Positions 1 through 12,600 of a stretch of 24,145 nt of DNA are shown in pieces. The stretch covers positions 248,001 through 272,145 of the forward strand of contig NOWV01000101.1 in assembly GCA_003344405.1 (NCBI GenBank). The letters run 5' to 3'. The translations under genes and the position numbers were made by a program. A model generated the notes under the pieces. That model was not told the DNA's origin. It did no database searches and saw only the letters and a program-made list of their open reading frames with translations. The number at the start of each line of letters is the position of its first letter. The stretch's first letter is position 1. Source of the stretch: Trichoplax sp. H2. Taxonomy: Eukaryota.

Positions 1-1
1 G

Positions 2-3000
2 CGATTGCAAGCTATACAGCAACAACATCAACAAAACATTGATTCAATTCAAATTGAACCGTTAAATGACGACGAAGACAACAATAAAGTTGCTTTATTA
101 CGACAACAGATCCAAGAATTACTACAGAATTACTCAGCGGAAGTACTAAAATTTGATGAGCTACTGATACAAGAAATTACATCGGATTTAACAGGTGATT
201 TTCAAAGGCAACTACTAAAGATTGAAAAGGAATATCACCATGAAAAAGATAGCTTAGCGAAAAATGCATTGAATAATGGTGATGATAATTCATCAATCGT
301 TATTGAATTAAAGCAACAATTAGATTTAATGGAGAAAGAACATTTAAGAAAAGAAGAAGAATGGTCTGCAACTTTTGATGAAAAACAATTAGAAAATGAT
401 AATTTACAGAATCAAATAACAGATCTTCAACAGAAACTTCTTGTTCAACAAAGTGATAATAAGGACAAATATGAAATTAAACCTAACCAACTGGTGGAAT
501 TACAAGGTAGGAATGATGAATTGAAGCAAAAGATAGATGAAAACGAACGTGAGAGTATACTACATCAGGAAAATTCTATGACAGAGATTAAGTTACTGCA
601 AGAACAACTCAAACAAGAAAATGTATCGTATTTAGCCGCATTAAAAGACGCTGATGAGGCAAACTTAAAGTTGTCTCGTTTAGAAAATTCTTTAAAATTG
701 GATGAAGTTAAAAATATTACCGATCCTGAAGAGTTTAAGAAGATAATTGCACAACTCGAAGAACGTCATGTAATTGAAAAAGAATCTTTAGAAAAAGAAT
801 TGACTGATAGGTTGATGAATGAGATCTCGTCTGAATTTCAAGAACAGCTTGCTAATTTACAAGTGAATCATGAGGCTGAAATTACCGTTTTAACACAAAA
901 ACTTGAAGATGCTGGAGTTAATATCACCAATGAGGAAGAGCTTAATAAAGAAATACAACTTCAGCGCCACATTACTGAGCTGGAGAATAAAATATATGAC
1001 ATGAGAAGTAATCCTAGTCAAATGGAAAATATCGAACATGTAGTTATAAATCGACTAATGCTAGAAATGTCGGCTGGCTTTCAAAAGCGATTTCTTGCAT
1101 TACAAAGTAAACATGCAAAAGAAGTAGATGAAATCAAGTTAAATTTTTCTGACAACAGCGAAAATAAATTAACTGAACAAAGTCAAGCACAAGATTCTAC
1201 GAAGAATTCATTGCATTTGGAACAAAATGATAACGAAGAAATTGCTAGACTGTTAGAAAATATCTCGAAACTACAGAATGAACGAGACACCGCTCAGGAA
1301 GAAACTGAACAACTTAAATTACAATTATCCAAAAGTAAGATCGCTACAACGGATATACCACAAAATTTTGAAGAACAAATTGATCGTCTTATTGTTGAAC
1401 ATGAAAAAGAAATGGCAGCCATGGAGAATGATTGGAAAAAACGTTTGGTTGAAGTTACAGAAAGTAAAAATATGTTGATAAAATCTCGCCAGGATCTAGA
1501 GGATTTTACACAAATGCAATTGCAAAATAAAGATCGCCAATATGAACTTGATATACGGCAAATAGAAGAACTTAACCGTCTCAAAATAGAAGAAATTAAG
1601 CAGGATTGTAATACTTTGATAAAACAAAACGAAGACTGGGAAGTTAAATACAACAATTTACAAACTGATATGGATATTAAGTGTAAAGCTTTAGCAAATG
1701 AAATTGCTAATTTAAAAACCCTTAGTATAAAAGATGAAGATGCTACTATTACGAAGCTAAAAATTGAATTACAACAAGTACGAATAGAATGTGATGAAAA
1801 GATAAAGAAATTGGAGTTAGAATTACAAGAAGAAAAAGATGGTGGTAAGGCTAGGTTAATGGAACGGGTTACGGAGATCACTGACGATTTTAACAAGCAA
1901 ATAGAAAATTTAAATTCCTCGTGGCAGGTCCGGTTAGAACAACAAGAATTGAAATACACAGAAATGAATGATAAGTACAAAGAAGCGATGGAAAAATTAT
2001 TTAGGAATTCAGACGACTTAAAAGAACCGGAAAAGAATGAATATACTGAAATACTTCGTACTCGCGATGAAGAGCTAGTTAAACGCCTTGATGATAAAGA
2101 TAATGAGCATCAAGTTGCAATAAGATTATTAGAACGTAAATGGCGGAAACGACTAAGCATTATTACAGGTGAAGAATTGCCATCTGATGATGCTGAAAGT
2201 GAAGATGATTATTCTGCTTCAAATAATGAAACTATAGAACAACTACGATTTCAATTGCAAAAGTTAGAAGAAGAACATGCAATTGATAGAAGTAATATGG
2301 AGCAAGAAATTACGCAAAAATTAAAATTAGAACTTCGTGAAGAATTTGAACAGAAATTAGATGAAGCTGTAGAACATTATCGACAACAGATTGCGACATT
2401 ACAACAAGCTGTAGGGGACAGTGATGGTGTGCTGTCACTTGAAGGTAATTCAACAAAATTACAAGAATTACAACATAAATGTGATCAACTAGTAGGAATT
2501 GTTGAAGAACTAGAAGCTTTACGTGATGAAGATGAACAAAATCACCGTGAAGAACTTTCACACTTAAAACAGCAACATCAGGAACAGATTGCATCGTTAA
2601 TTTCAAATCAAAATAATGCAATAACCTTATACCCCGATGACAGTAAAGACGTTATAAAGAAATATGAGCAAAAAATTGCTGACATTAAGAAAGAACACCA
2701 AGACACCATTGAATCGTTAACGGAAGAACTAGGTGCAAAAATGGAGCAACGTTTGTTAGCGTTGGAACATGAACATGAAACTGAACTTGAAAACAAAGCT
2801 CAAACAGTAGTAGAGGAAGTGACAAAAATTTTTGAAGCAGAATTTGCCGAAAAATTAGAAGCTTTGCGTATAGAATTAACAGAAGATAACGCAAAAGAAA
2901 TTGAGCAGTTGAAGCTTCAACATGCTGAAGAGTTGCAACAAGTTAATGATCTTTACGAAGGTGAAGTAGATTCACTTAAAAAGGAGCACGAATTAGCGAA

Positions 3001-3610
3001 GCAAAAGTCTGATACTAGTGATGAAAGATTACAAACGCTTAAAGCTAATATTGAACAGCATTATGAAGAAGAGATGGAATCTGCTAAAGCGGCTATGTTG
3101 AAAGAGATAGAAGAAATGGTAGAAAGCATGGAAAGCGCCGCTCAAAAACAGTTAGAAAATCTTCAAGAAGAATATAACGTTAGAGAACAAGAATTATTAT
3201 CGTCATTTGAAAATGAAAAAACGGCATTAGTTCGTCAAATACAAGAAGGAACAGAAAGTAATGTAGAATTGAAGATCTTAACAATTAAAGAAGATTATGA
3301 GAAACGAATATTGCAAGAGCGAGCAGAATTTGACGAACAATTACAGAAGTTAAAAGAATCTCATGAATACGAATTGGAGTTATTAAGCAAGGAGCATCCT
3401 GATGATAGTAATAATGAAAGAATTACAGCAATGCGTGAAAGTATTCAACGTGAATTCGATGTCAAAACACTTTCATTAACGGAAGAATCGCAAGATATGG
3501 CTAAAAAACTTACAAAATTACAACATGATTATAAAGAGAAAAGTAAGGAATTAAAACGGTCAAAGGCTGAGTTAGAAACACTAAAAAGCTCATACAAAGA
3601 ACAATTAGAG
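2..3610 (+). CDS. AKAP9: AKAP9/PCNT-like exon 1 of window (giant, 5'-truncated, acidic coiled coil)
   Basis: Frame is open from the window edge; the track's start at 5 is a TTG, not ATG. Ends ...KEQLE|GTAATG, a phase-0 donor at 3611. Confidence 0.9.
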
Positions 3611-6600
3611 GTAATGCCTGCATGCGTACATTAGGATAAAATTAATAGTATTAACGGGAATAGTACAATATTAGTAAGTAATTAGTATACAAAGCAATTA
3701 TTAAACTAACGCTGACTGGGTTATTGTTAACAACAGGGCCCTAGTCAAAAAGATGAAGTTGAAATTAGCCGTTATAAGCAATTGATTGAACAACTTGAAC
3801 AACAAGTAAAAGATCTAAGCCAGCAAAATGTTAGTAGTTAGCCGTATGTAGGCTGATATTTAATTTGTTTAAAATTATGACATAGTATTAACATAGAATT
3901 ATATTTAGGATGAATTAACTGCAGTGTCTGATTTATTGGACAAGAGTGACAGCGAAGTTAGTTTAATATTAAAATTTACAATTTATATTGAAATTAAAGA
4001 TGATCTATGAAGACCTCTGTCAATATTATATCTAATTTTGTTTTTACCATTGCTTTTGTTGATAATTTTGTAGCTGATTAAAGACAACGGTCAACTCAAA
4101 CAGCAGCTTTATCAACTTAATGAGAAATATCAATCAGCTTTATCTGATATAGAAAAAGAGAAAGATAAGCAAAAGAAACTCATAGGGACACTACGTAATG
4201 AACAAGAGAATTTATCAAAGATAAGGTAACTACAAGATATAATTGATAATTCTCAGATCCTGTGATAATGCGAATTAGTCTCATACTAAACGCAACCGTA
4301 AATTTGATAGTGTAAAATATTTATATGCATGTAATATTACTTTATAATATGTAGTAAATCGCATTATGATGGTTGTATCATTTCTGGATTGTTATATTTA
4401 GGGACGGGACGCAACGTACTAGTCAAATATTGCGAAATATTTTAAAAAAGGTTTTATTGTCGGATATTGCCATTGAAGATTACCTTACAACATGTACTAC
4501 CAAACTATCGCAATATGAAGATATTTCTCGTATAGGTATGAATATGTCTTAATTACTTTGGCGATAATTTATAATTCGTCAAGTACGAAAATTCATAATT
4601 TCTATAGTTTTACTGTCCCAACTTGCAATAACCACTTTTAATTTTACTTCAGTTAAAATTAGGCTACCATCGGAAATTGGGAGCCCAAACTCTACTGAGG
4701 CTGTCGAACTTAATATGAGACTAGATAGTACATTTTCTAGCGAGGATATCGACAGTAATTGTGCGGAATTATCAGAAAGTATGAATGTGATAAAACTCGT
4801 GTCTGTATTACTTTATGTATTATTGCGGAGTTTTTTGTTTGCCATGCCATTGCTTTCTTAGTGATAATGTTAATGACTCAAAAGTTCAATCACTTTATAT
4901 TTTGAATAATGTTCATAACTGTGAGTGCTCTAAAAGTTTTTATAGTATTATCTACAATAACTTATGTTGATATGTAATATCAGTTGCAATACTATACTAT
5001 CAGCTATTATTATGGCTTTGATATTAATATTTTGCTTTAACTTACCCGGATTTAATATCTCTGTAGTGATACTATCAAGACTCCAGATCTCCATCAGAAG
5101 ATTTGTGGGAGTACTTAAAACTACATTTTCTCAGGTTCGTAACGCTGCGTGTACTAGTCTACTAGATTATATTTATTGTTTTTTGACACACCTTAGTAGC
5201 TCTTTAACACAATTAACGACGTTATTAAAATTTTTTAATGTGCACATGACTACTGCTAATTGCAGTTTGCAGATGTTTATGATACTCCCAGAGTCCATAA
5301 TCAAGATTCTCCTTCTAACCGAGTCGATCTACATAGACAGCTATTACAAGAACTAGATAGTAAAGATGATCTTACAATTAGGCTTCGTCAAGCCGAGAAA
5401 AGCATGAAGCTGCTTACGCAAGAAAGAGATCGCTTATTACAGGAGAATTATGATATTAAAATGGCTCGTGATATATCTGATGTTACTGTTAGTAAAGGGG
5501 CATCGCAGAATGAGAAATTAATGTTAGAATTATTAATGAGAGAGAGATCAGTCGAGCTAAAAGAGAAAATAGCTGAAAATCACATCATGGAACAGAAATT
5601 AGCAGACGTCGATACTGATTGCCGAAAATTAAAAGAGCAAGTAAAGCAACTAGAATTGGATAGTAAAAATTTAGAATCATCTTACCAAGACAGCCTTGCT
5701 ACTAATCGCAAATTGCAAGCTGATTTATATCAAAAGAATGCAGAAATCAGTATTATAGAGGAAAATTTACAGCATAAATCAAATCGTTGCCAAAAATTAG
5801 ATACCGCAGTTTCAGAGAATATTAATGAAGTACGCCGCCTTGAAAGCATACTACGCGATAAAGTTATCGAGTTATCCGTTAACGATAGAAAGCTTCAAGA
5901 GAAAATACTAACCGTCCAGCGATTGGAAAAGTTAAATAAAGATAAGATCGCTGAATGTCGAAATTGGGAATTAAATGCCAAAGATAAAACTATGGAATGC
6001 AACATACTTCAGCAGCGATTAGACAATAGAGTAGTAGAAATAGAGCATCTTGAAAAAGTAAATCGAGAAAGATCGACACAATTAGAAGCGTTACAATTGA
6101 AAACTAGAAATTCACAATCTGAGAACGATATCTTACGTACGAAATTGCAGAATGCATTTGATGATAATAATAAATTAGAGTCTGAAATTCAAAAAAGGAT
6201 AATTAGCGAAGAAATTGAAGCAAATCTGAAGGAAATGATGTTAGAAAAGCGTAAATTAGAAGGTCAAGTTAACGAACTAGAGGTTGTTATTAGTACTATG
6301 CGTGAGCAAATTACTAAGGCAAATGAAGAGAATGCTATTGTAAGCAAAAAATTGAAAGATTTTACTGTCGAAAATGATAGCTTACGGACAGAGCTTAGCG
6401 GTAAAGAGGATGAGTATCAAACCTTATTGACCGCGTATAAGGACAAGATATCTGATGATGAAAAGTTAAAGGAGAAATATTTAGCACTTGCTAATGAAAA
6501 AGCAAATTTATTGTCGGAATTAAGCCATGAACGTGATAGTACTGATAATTTAAAATCAAACCTTAAAGAACAGAAAGATAACTTTAATAAAATTTCACGA

Positions 6601-9600
6601 AAGTTGGATCAAGTGGAGACAGAACTAACCGAAAAGGAAGATCAGAGAAGGAAACTTAGTCAGGAATGTCATAGCCTTCAACTACAAATTGAATTATTGA
6701 GAACACTGGTCCATGATAAACCTGATTCACCTCTTAAAAGTGAATTAACAATTGCGCAAAGGAAAAATGATACCCTTGTGGCACAAATTAAAACCTTACA
6801 TAGCGATTGTAGTAAATTTAAAGATGATGTAATCTCTCTACAAAGCCATGTTAACGACTTAACTATAGCACTAAATGAAGCAAAGAACCACGAAAAAACT
6901 ATGGAAGATACTCTTAAGTCTTTGCAATCAGAAGTGATAGAGGTAAAATCTGTTTTGCAACAGAAAATTTCGACACTAAAGGATTTAAATAATCAAAAAG
7001 CTGAAATCGAACAAGAGCTAATATCACTATCTGATACACATAAGCAAGTACTAATAAGTAAGGATGATATTCAAAATCAGTTATTTGAAGAACTTCAGCT
7101 GAGATTGGCTTATGAACGTGATATTAAGGAAGGAAAGCTTATTAGACTTAGTAATCGCACTGAAGAACTAACTCGTGAACTTCAGGTGAAACTTGAATCA
7201 GAAAGAGCATTGCAACGTGAAAGGCAACAATTATCTGATGAACTAAAACAATTATTATCAGTCATTGAAGAACGAAAATCTGAAATAGTTGAGTTAAAAG
7301 AAGAGAAACAGCAAGCAATTCAGGAATTAAACATCAAACGTGATAATATAAATGATCTTGAAATGCAAGTATTGTCTATGCATAAGCAAATTGATAATTT
7401 ACGGCAAAATAATGACGAACAGGAGCATCTATTAAATAAAATGACACTAAATCTACAAGCAACGCAACAAGAATTATTTAAGGAATTGCAGGATAAAGTC
7501 AATATTGATATTCGACATCGTGAACAAACTACAATCCTTATGGAAGAAATTGAAGCTAAAAGTCAGTCCGAAAAAGTGTCTAGAAAAGATTTAGAAAAAA
7601 TGGTTAGTAGACTATTTAATGAATTGCAAAGACGTGTTGAATTAGAACGTTCGTTTGTAAGCGTCCGTGAGCAATTGCAACAAAATTTAGAATCAGCTGC
7701 GGATGTTCATCAACGATTAGAACATCGGGTGAAAGAGTTGACTACGATAGTAGGCCATAAAGAACAGTACATCAATGAACTATGTTCTGAAAGGCGGAAT
7801 ATAGAAGAAGATAAAGCGAATCTTTTAACCCAATTGAATGAAGCCGAAAAAGTTAATGCAACGAACAATACCCAATTGGAGGAATTACGAGCGGCAATGC
7901 TAAATCTGGATGTAGAAAACGCCGAGATTGAAGTTTCTAAGCAACAAGTTGTTAGTGAAAAGCTTCATTTACAAGAAATACATGATGAAACCGTAAAATT
8001 AAATGAATTTCTTCAGAGCAGTAATAATGATCTTCAAGCACAGAGAGAAGATTTGATTTCTGTTAATCGCCGATATGAAGAAGAAACTAAAACTTTACGT
8101 GAATTACTTGCAAAAAATACAGATGAAACTCGTACAATTGTATCAGTACACGAAAATCTTGAGAATCTCTTGGAAGAAAATACCAGATTGTTAGCTGATC
8201 TAATTGTACAGTTTGACGATTTTCAGCAGGAGTCAGCTATTGACAACGTCGAAGATAAGCATGGGAATATAAAACAGCAAGAATCAATCGATAAATTCGC
8301 TAAGTTTTGTGAAATCAATCTTATACGCTTTCAATCTCAAATTGAAAAATTGCGTAGCATTATGCAGCTAAAAGAAGACATACTATCTCGTCAATGTGAT
8401 GAAATTCGCAATCTTCAGCAAAATATAATGTTAAGGCAAAATGAAATTTCAGATAGAAATGCACAATTAGCTAAACAAGACGTGAAATTAATATCTTTAC
8501 ATCAAGAAATTTCCGACCGAGATGACCTAAAAGTGCAGCTTATGGAGATAAAATTTGATGTAGAAATGAAGGAGGACAAAATATCACAACTGGAAGAAGA
8601 ACTAAATACGCAGCAAGGTGCAGCAGCTGATGCTAACTCTGCTGTTGAAGATCTAAATGTGTCTATAAATGATTTGCGCCGATCATTTGATGATAAGGAC
8701 GATCAGGTTAGACAGTACAAGAGTGAATTAGAAGCACAAAAAGCTACAATTGGATTACTTGAAGTTGAAGCAAACAATATAAATCTGAAACTGGCGGAAC
8801 TGTACGATTTTGCGACAAGCATAAATGGGAAAGAGGACGTAACCATCCAATCTAGTAGTGTTGATAAGAGTAAAGAGAACAGAATCTTTAATATAGATTT
8901 GAATGCAATAAGTGCTAAATTGGAAGGATTGCAGTCGATCTTCATTAATCGTAATGTGCAGTTTGAGGATTTAAGAAAATTGAATGAAGAATATTCTGTA
9001 GAACTTGGTATCTTACGGAAACGTGATTTAGCCAACTGTGAGAAATTATCACAATTAACTGCTGACCTTGAGCAAGCTAAATCCACGCTATCTGAACAGC
9101 AACAAGTTATGACGATGTTAAATTCAGAATTAGGTGCCGTACGTGAAGACAACTCATTAAAACAAGAGATTATCAATAACTTAGAGCATGTAAATACTGA
9201 CATTAAAGGTAAACTAGAAGAGATGAAACAAAGGACTAATGATGTATCTGATCAACTACGAAAACAAAAATCGGATAATGAAATTCAAAAAAATGAATTT
9301 ACAACGCGTGAAAATCATTTAGCTGAATTATTAAATCTGGAAAGAAATAAAGCCGAAGAAAATGCGACTTTAGTTAGTAGATTACAAGACGATACGACTC
9401 ACCTTGAAAATGAAATAAAGGAGGCAAAAAGAGTTGACAGCAACTTGAAATCTCAGATCGATGAATTGGAAGTTCGTCTTTATCATGAACAAGAAAATTG
9501 TGAACGGTTAACTGTACAATTAGATAGCAAAAATGACGCCTATAAGAGAAAAGAAGCGGAGCTGCAGCGCATAACAATTCAGTTGTTACAATCTGATCAA

Positions 9601-12600
9601 GAACATGAAAAGCAACGTGGATTATATGAGGACGAAGTTAAAAATCTTAAAAATATGCATAATAATACCATGCATATGCTATACAAAAATTTAAGGGAAA
9701 CATTCGCCGAATTCTTTGAAGAGTATGATATTACTGTTGAAGATATTGATACTAATGAAATTGAAGAAAGAATTAACCAGGTAATGAATTTATAATAGAA
9801 TTTCATTCTGTATGAATGTATCGATTCTCAATTACAAGCGATTATGTATTCGATGCAAAATTATAATATAATTTAATTTTTTATTCTCCTCGCGTAATTA
9901 AAGTATAAATGTTATTGCTCTACTAGCTAATCACTGATGTTAAGGGAGGAATTAAAGAAAGGCAAGACATTAAACTTTCGCAGCTGAAGGAAGCAACCGT
10001 TGAAGAAGTGACCGAAAAGAATAAGAATGAATTGCAGTTGATACATGAACGCCAAATTGCGGCAATGAAAGCTCAATTTAAGCGTGATCTTGCTAAACTA
10101 AGATCAGAGCTTACCCAACGCCATGCTTTGCAGTTAAGTAAATTAATTCAGAAGCATCAAGATGAAATCGATAGTGTGCGTAAGGAACACAAAGGTAAGA
10201 TTGCGTTTACAATTATCTAAATAGTATATATATAATACGGAACATTGACGGCTAAAGATCAGTCAATAAACAGCAACTGACTTCGCAAACACAATTAGGT
10301 GGTTCAAATCTATCCGCAGAAAATCTTGGTCAAATTTTGCAGGAGGTTGATAGCTTGGATCAAGCCCTGGATGCATCTCCTGATCAAAATTCTACAACTT
10401 ATCATAGTCATGTTATGGTATCTCGAAAACTTTTTTAGAACTAGAATATAAACTTTACTATTTAGTTTAAAGTATAAATTTCTGCTAATTTTTAAAGAAA
10501 TTATTATGTCGTATTGTTGAAACACAGAATGGATCCATTTAAACTGTATACTTTTACTGTACTCGTGCTAGGAACAAGTGCAAGAAATACAAGAAGAATG
10601 CATGACCTTGCGTTCAGTGGTTGAGCAATTGCCTGTTGTGTAAGGACATTTTCGCAGTCTTGTAATCTGTACGTTATAATTGATTGTTTAAACTATATTA
10701 ATGTAGAATGACTCTAGAAGAAAAAATACAGATGATGCAAGTCGCTTTTGATAATGAGAAACAATCGTTATTGGATACCGTTAAATCAATGAAGGATTTA
10801 TTTTCTGCTTGTCAACAAGAATTTACTGTAAGTGTACGTACGATATAAATGAATTATTTCGCCTAAATTAATTCATTTATTCTGATTTAATTAAAATTAT
10901 ATTTAATTGATCGTTAGAAATCCGAGAGGACTGATTGGCAATATAAAATATTAAATACAGTCCAGGATATCTTTGAGAAAGAACAGCAAGCATTACATAC
11001 TGAGTTACTTACTCAAAATTTATTACAAGATGGGATTCCAAATATAGAATCGTTGAAAATTTATATTCAGCAGAAAGTAAATATATTTTGCGTGAAAGTT
11101 TGATTACATCATACATATGCAACTTTTGTATTATTTTGAGCTAATCTAGATGATATAGCATGCAAGATATGGACATGTTGTTGTACACTACTTTGTTAAA
11201 ATACAGGATTTTCTATCTTTACAGGAACAGTATCATATCATGGCAATGAAACAATTGCATGCTACTGACAGAGGTGCTTTAGTTAGTGAAATCGGTCGTT
11301 TACGTGATATTTTAAAGAAATCTGATAAAGAAAATGAAAAAAGAGTAAGTTTTCAACGCTTACCGAAATAGTAATGTGAAGCTTACTAGTTCCTCTATTT
11401 ACTTTCGGTAGCTTTCGTCTCCGTTGAATTTTAACGCATTAAAGCTGATTAAGCTGATTAAATATACATGTTTATTTATTGCTAAAAATTTTCTTGTTGA
11501 TAATATCAAGTTATTCGAAATGAATACGCGTATGGAAATATCGAACGATCAATGGAGTAAATCAGAAGCAGAACTTAGAGAGCAGCGTAAGATCGAGTTT
11601 AGACATGCATATTGATTACTATAATTGTGCAGTGTCTGATGTCTTCCATTGATATACAAAAATGGCTTGTAAATCGAGTTATTAATAGTACATTAATTTT
11701 TCAGTATCGACAGCAAAGACACAAATTTCTCTACTGCAGTCGACAATTCAAAGCTTAGAGTCGGCTGTGAAATCTACTGAAGATAAAAGGAATGAACTTC
11801 AAAGAGTATTGGATGAACAAAAGCATCTTGTAACCAATCTTAACGATGCTCTATCACAGGAAAGACAACGTAATGCTCAATTAAATATGCTTTTAGCGAA
11901 AGAGTCATCGAGATCCGAATCGCTTAAGTATGTAAAAATGTAAATAAGTAGTTAAAATAAAAATGTTGTATATGTAATATATATATAATTATCATTAGTC
12001 ATGATATGATAGCATCCAACAGCGGTGATGTATTAAATACGATTTCGCGTAAAATATGAAACGTGGAAAATTTTTTATTTGTATTGCGTCCCATCAGAAA
12101 AACATTTTTCAATACGTTTTATTCTACATTGTATTCTTATAGAGAGTCTTTAGAAATTGAAAAGGTTAGATGCGCCAACTTGCTGGAAGCTTTGGATCTT
12201 GAACGAGTCAGTAATAATCAGCTGCAGAGCACATTGGATTTAGAATCTCAGCGTAGGTTAGATACCAGTGAACGTAGTCAAGAAACAGTAAAAGAAATAA
12301 CCATAGCTTTAGATGCAGAGCGAAGTCAACGGAACGAATTAGAAAAGGAATTAGATAGTGAGAGGCAAAAAATTGCTTCTTTGCGTATGCATTTAGAAGT
12401 GGATCGATCACGTAACCAAGAAGCGTACTTGCTGGAACGCAACTTAGTTACAGAACTGAAGACAAAATTACAGACTGAAAAGGTATGCCTTCTTAACCAT
12501 ATATATTGTTATAATACTGTACTGCTTTTCCATGACCACGTATATTTATTTATTAGACACGCATAAAAGAGCTTGCCTTATCACTGGATAGGGAAAAAGA

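Noticed and set aside
1294..1980. 228-aa minus-strand ORF, plus other antisense ORFs at 2310-2894, 7320-7502, 8703-9203, 9374-9806, 12208-12411, 13927-14139, 14440-14661 and 15061-15663
   Set aside because: These are shadow frames of the E/K/Q/L-rich sense coding sequence (S/F/L/C-rich, no recognisable motifs).
4964..5356. 130-aa plus-strand ORF with a hydrophobic N-terminus
   Set aside because: Best explained as exon 7 (5067-5134) plus AT-rich intron read-through that overlaps exon 8 in a different frame.
5..9795. Reading the 1209-aa and 1511-aa ORFs as standalone genes (SMC-, myosin-, golgin- or phage tape-measure-like)
   Set aside because: Both start at TTG rather than ATG and end a few codons after strong GT donors. 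They lack Walker or motor motifs and join in phase to the PACT exon.
11442..11461. AAGCTGATT tandem duplication, and short (TA)n runs near 11977 and 18253
   Set aside because: Trivial slippage-type repeats in non-coding DNA.
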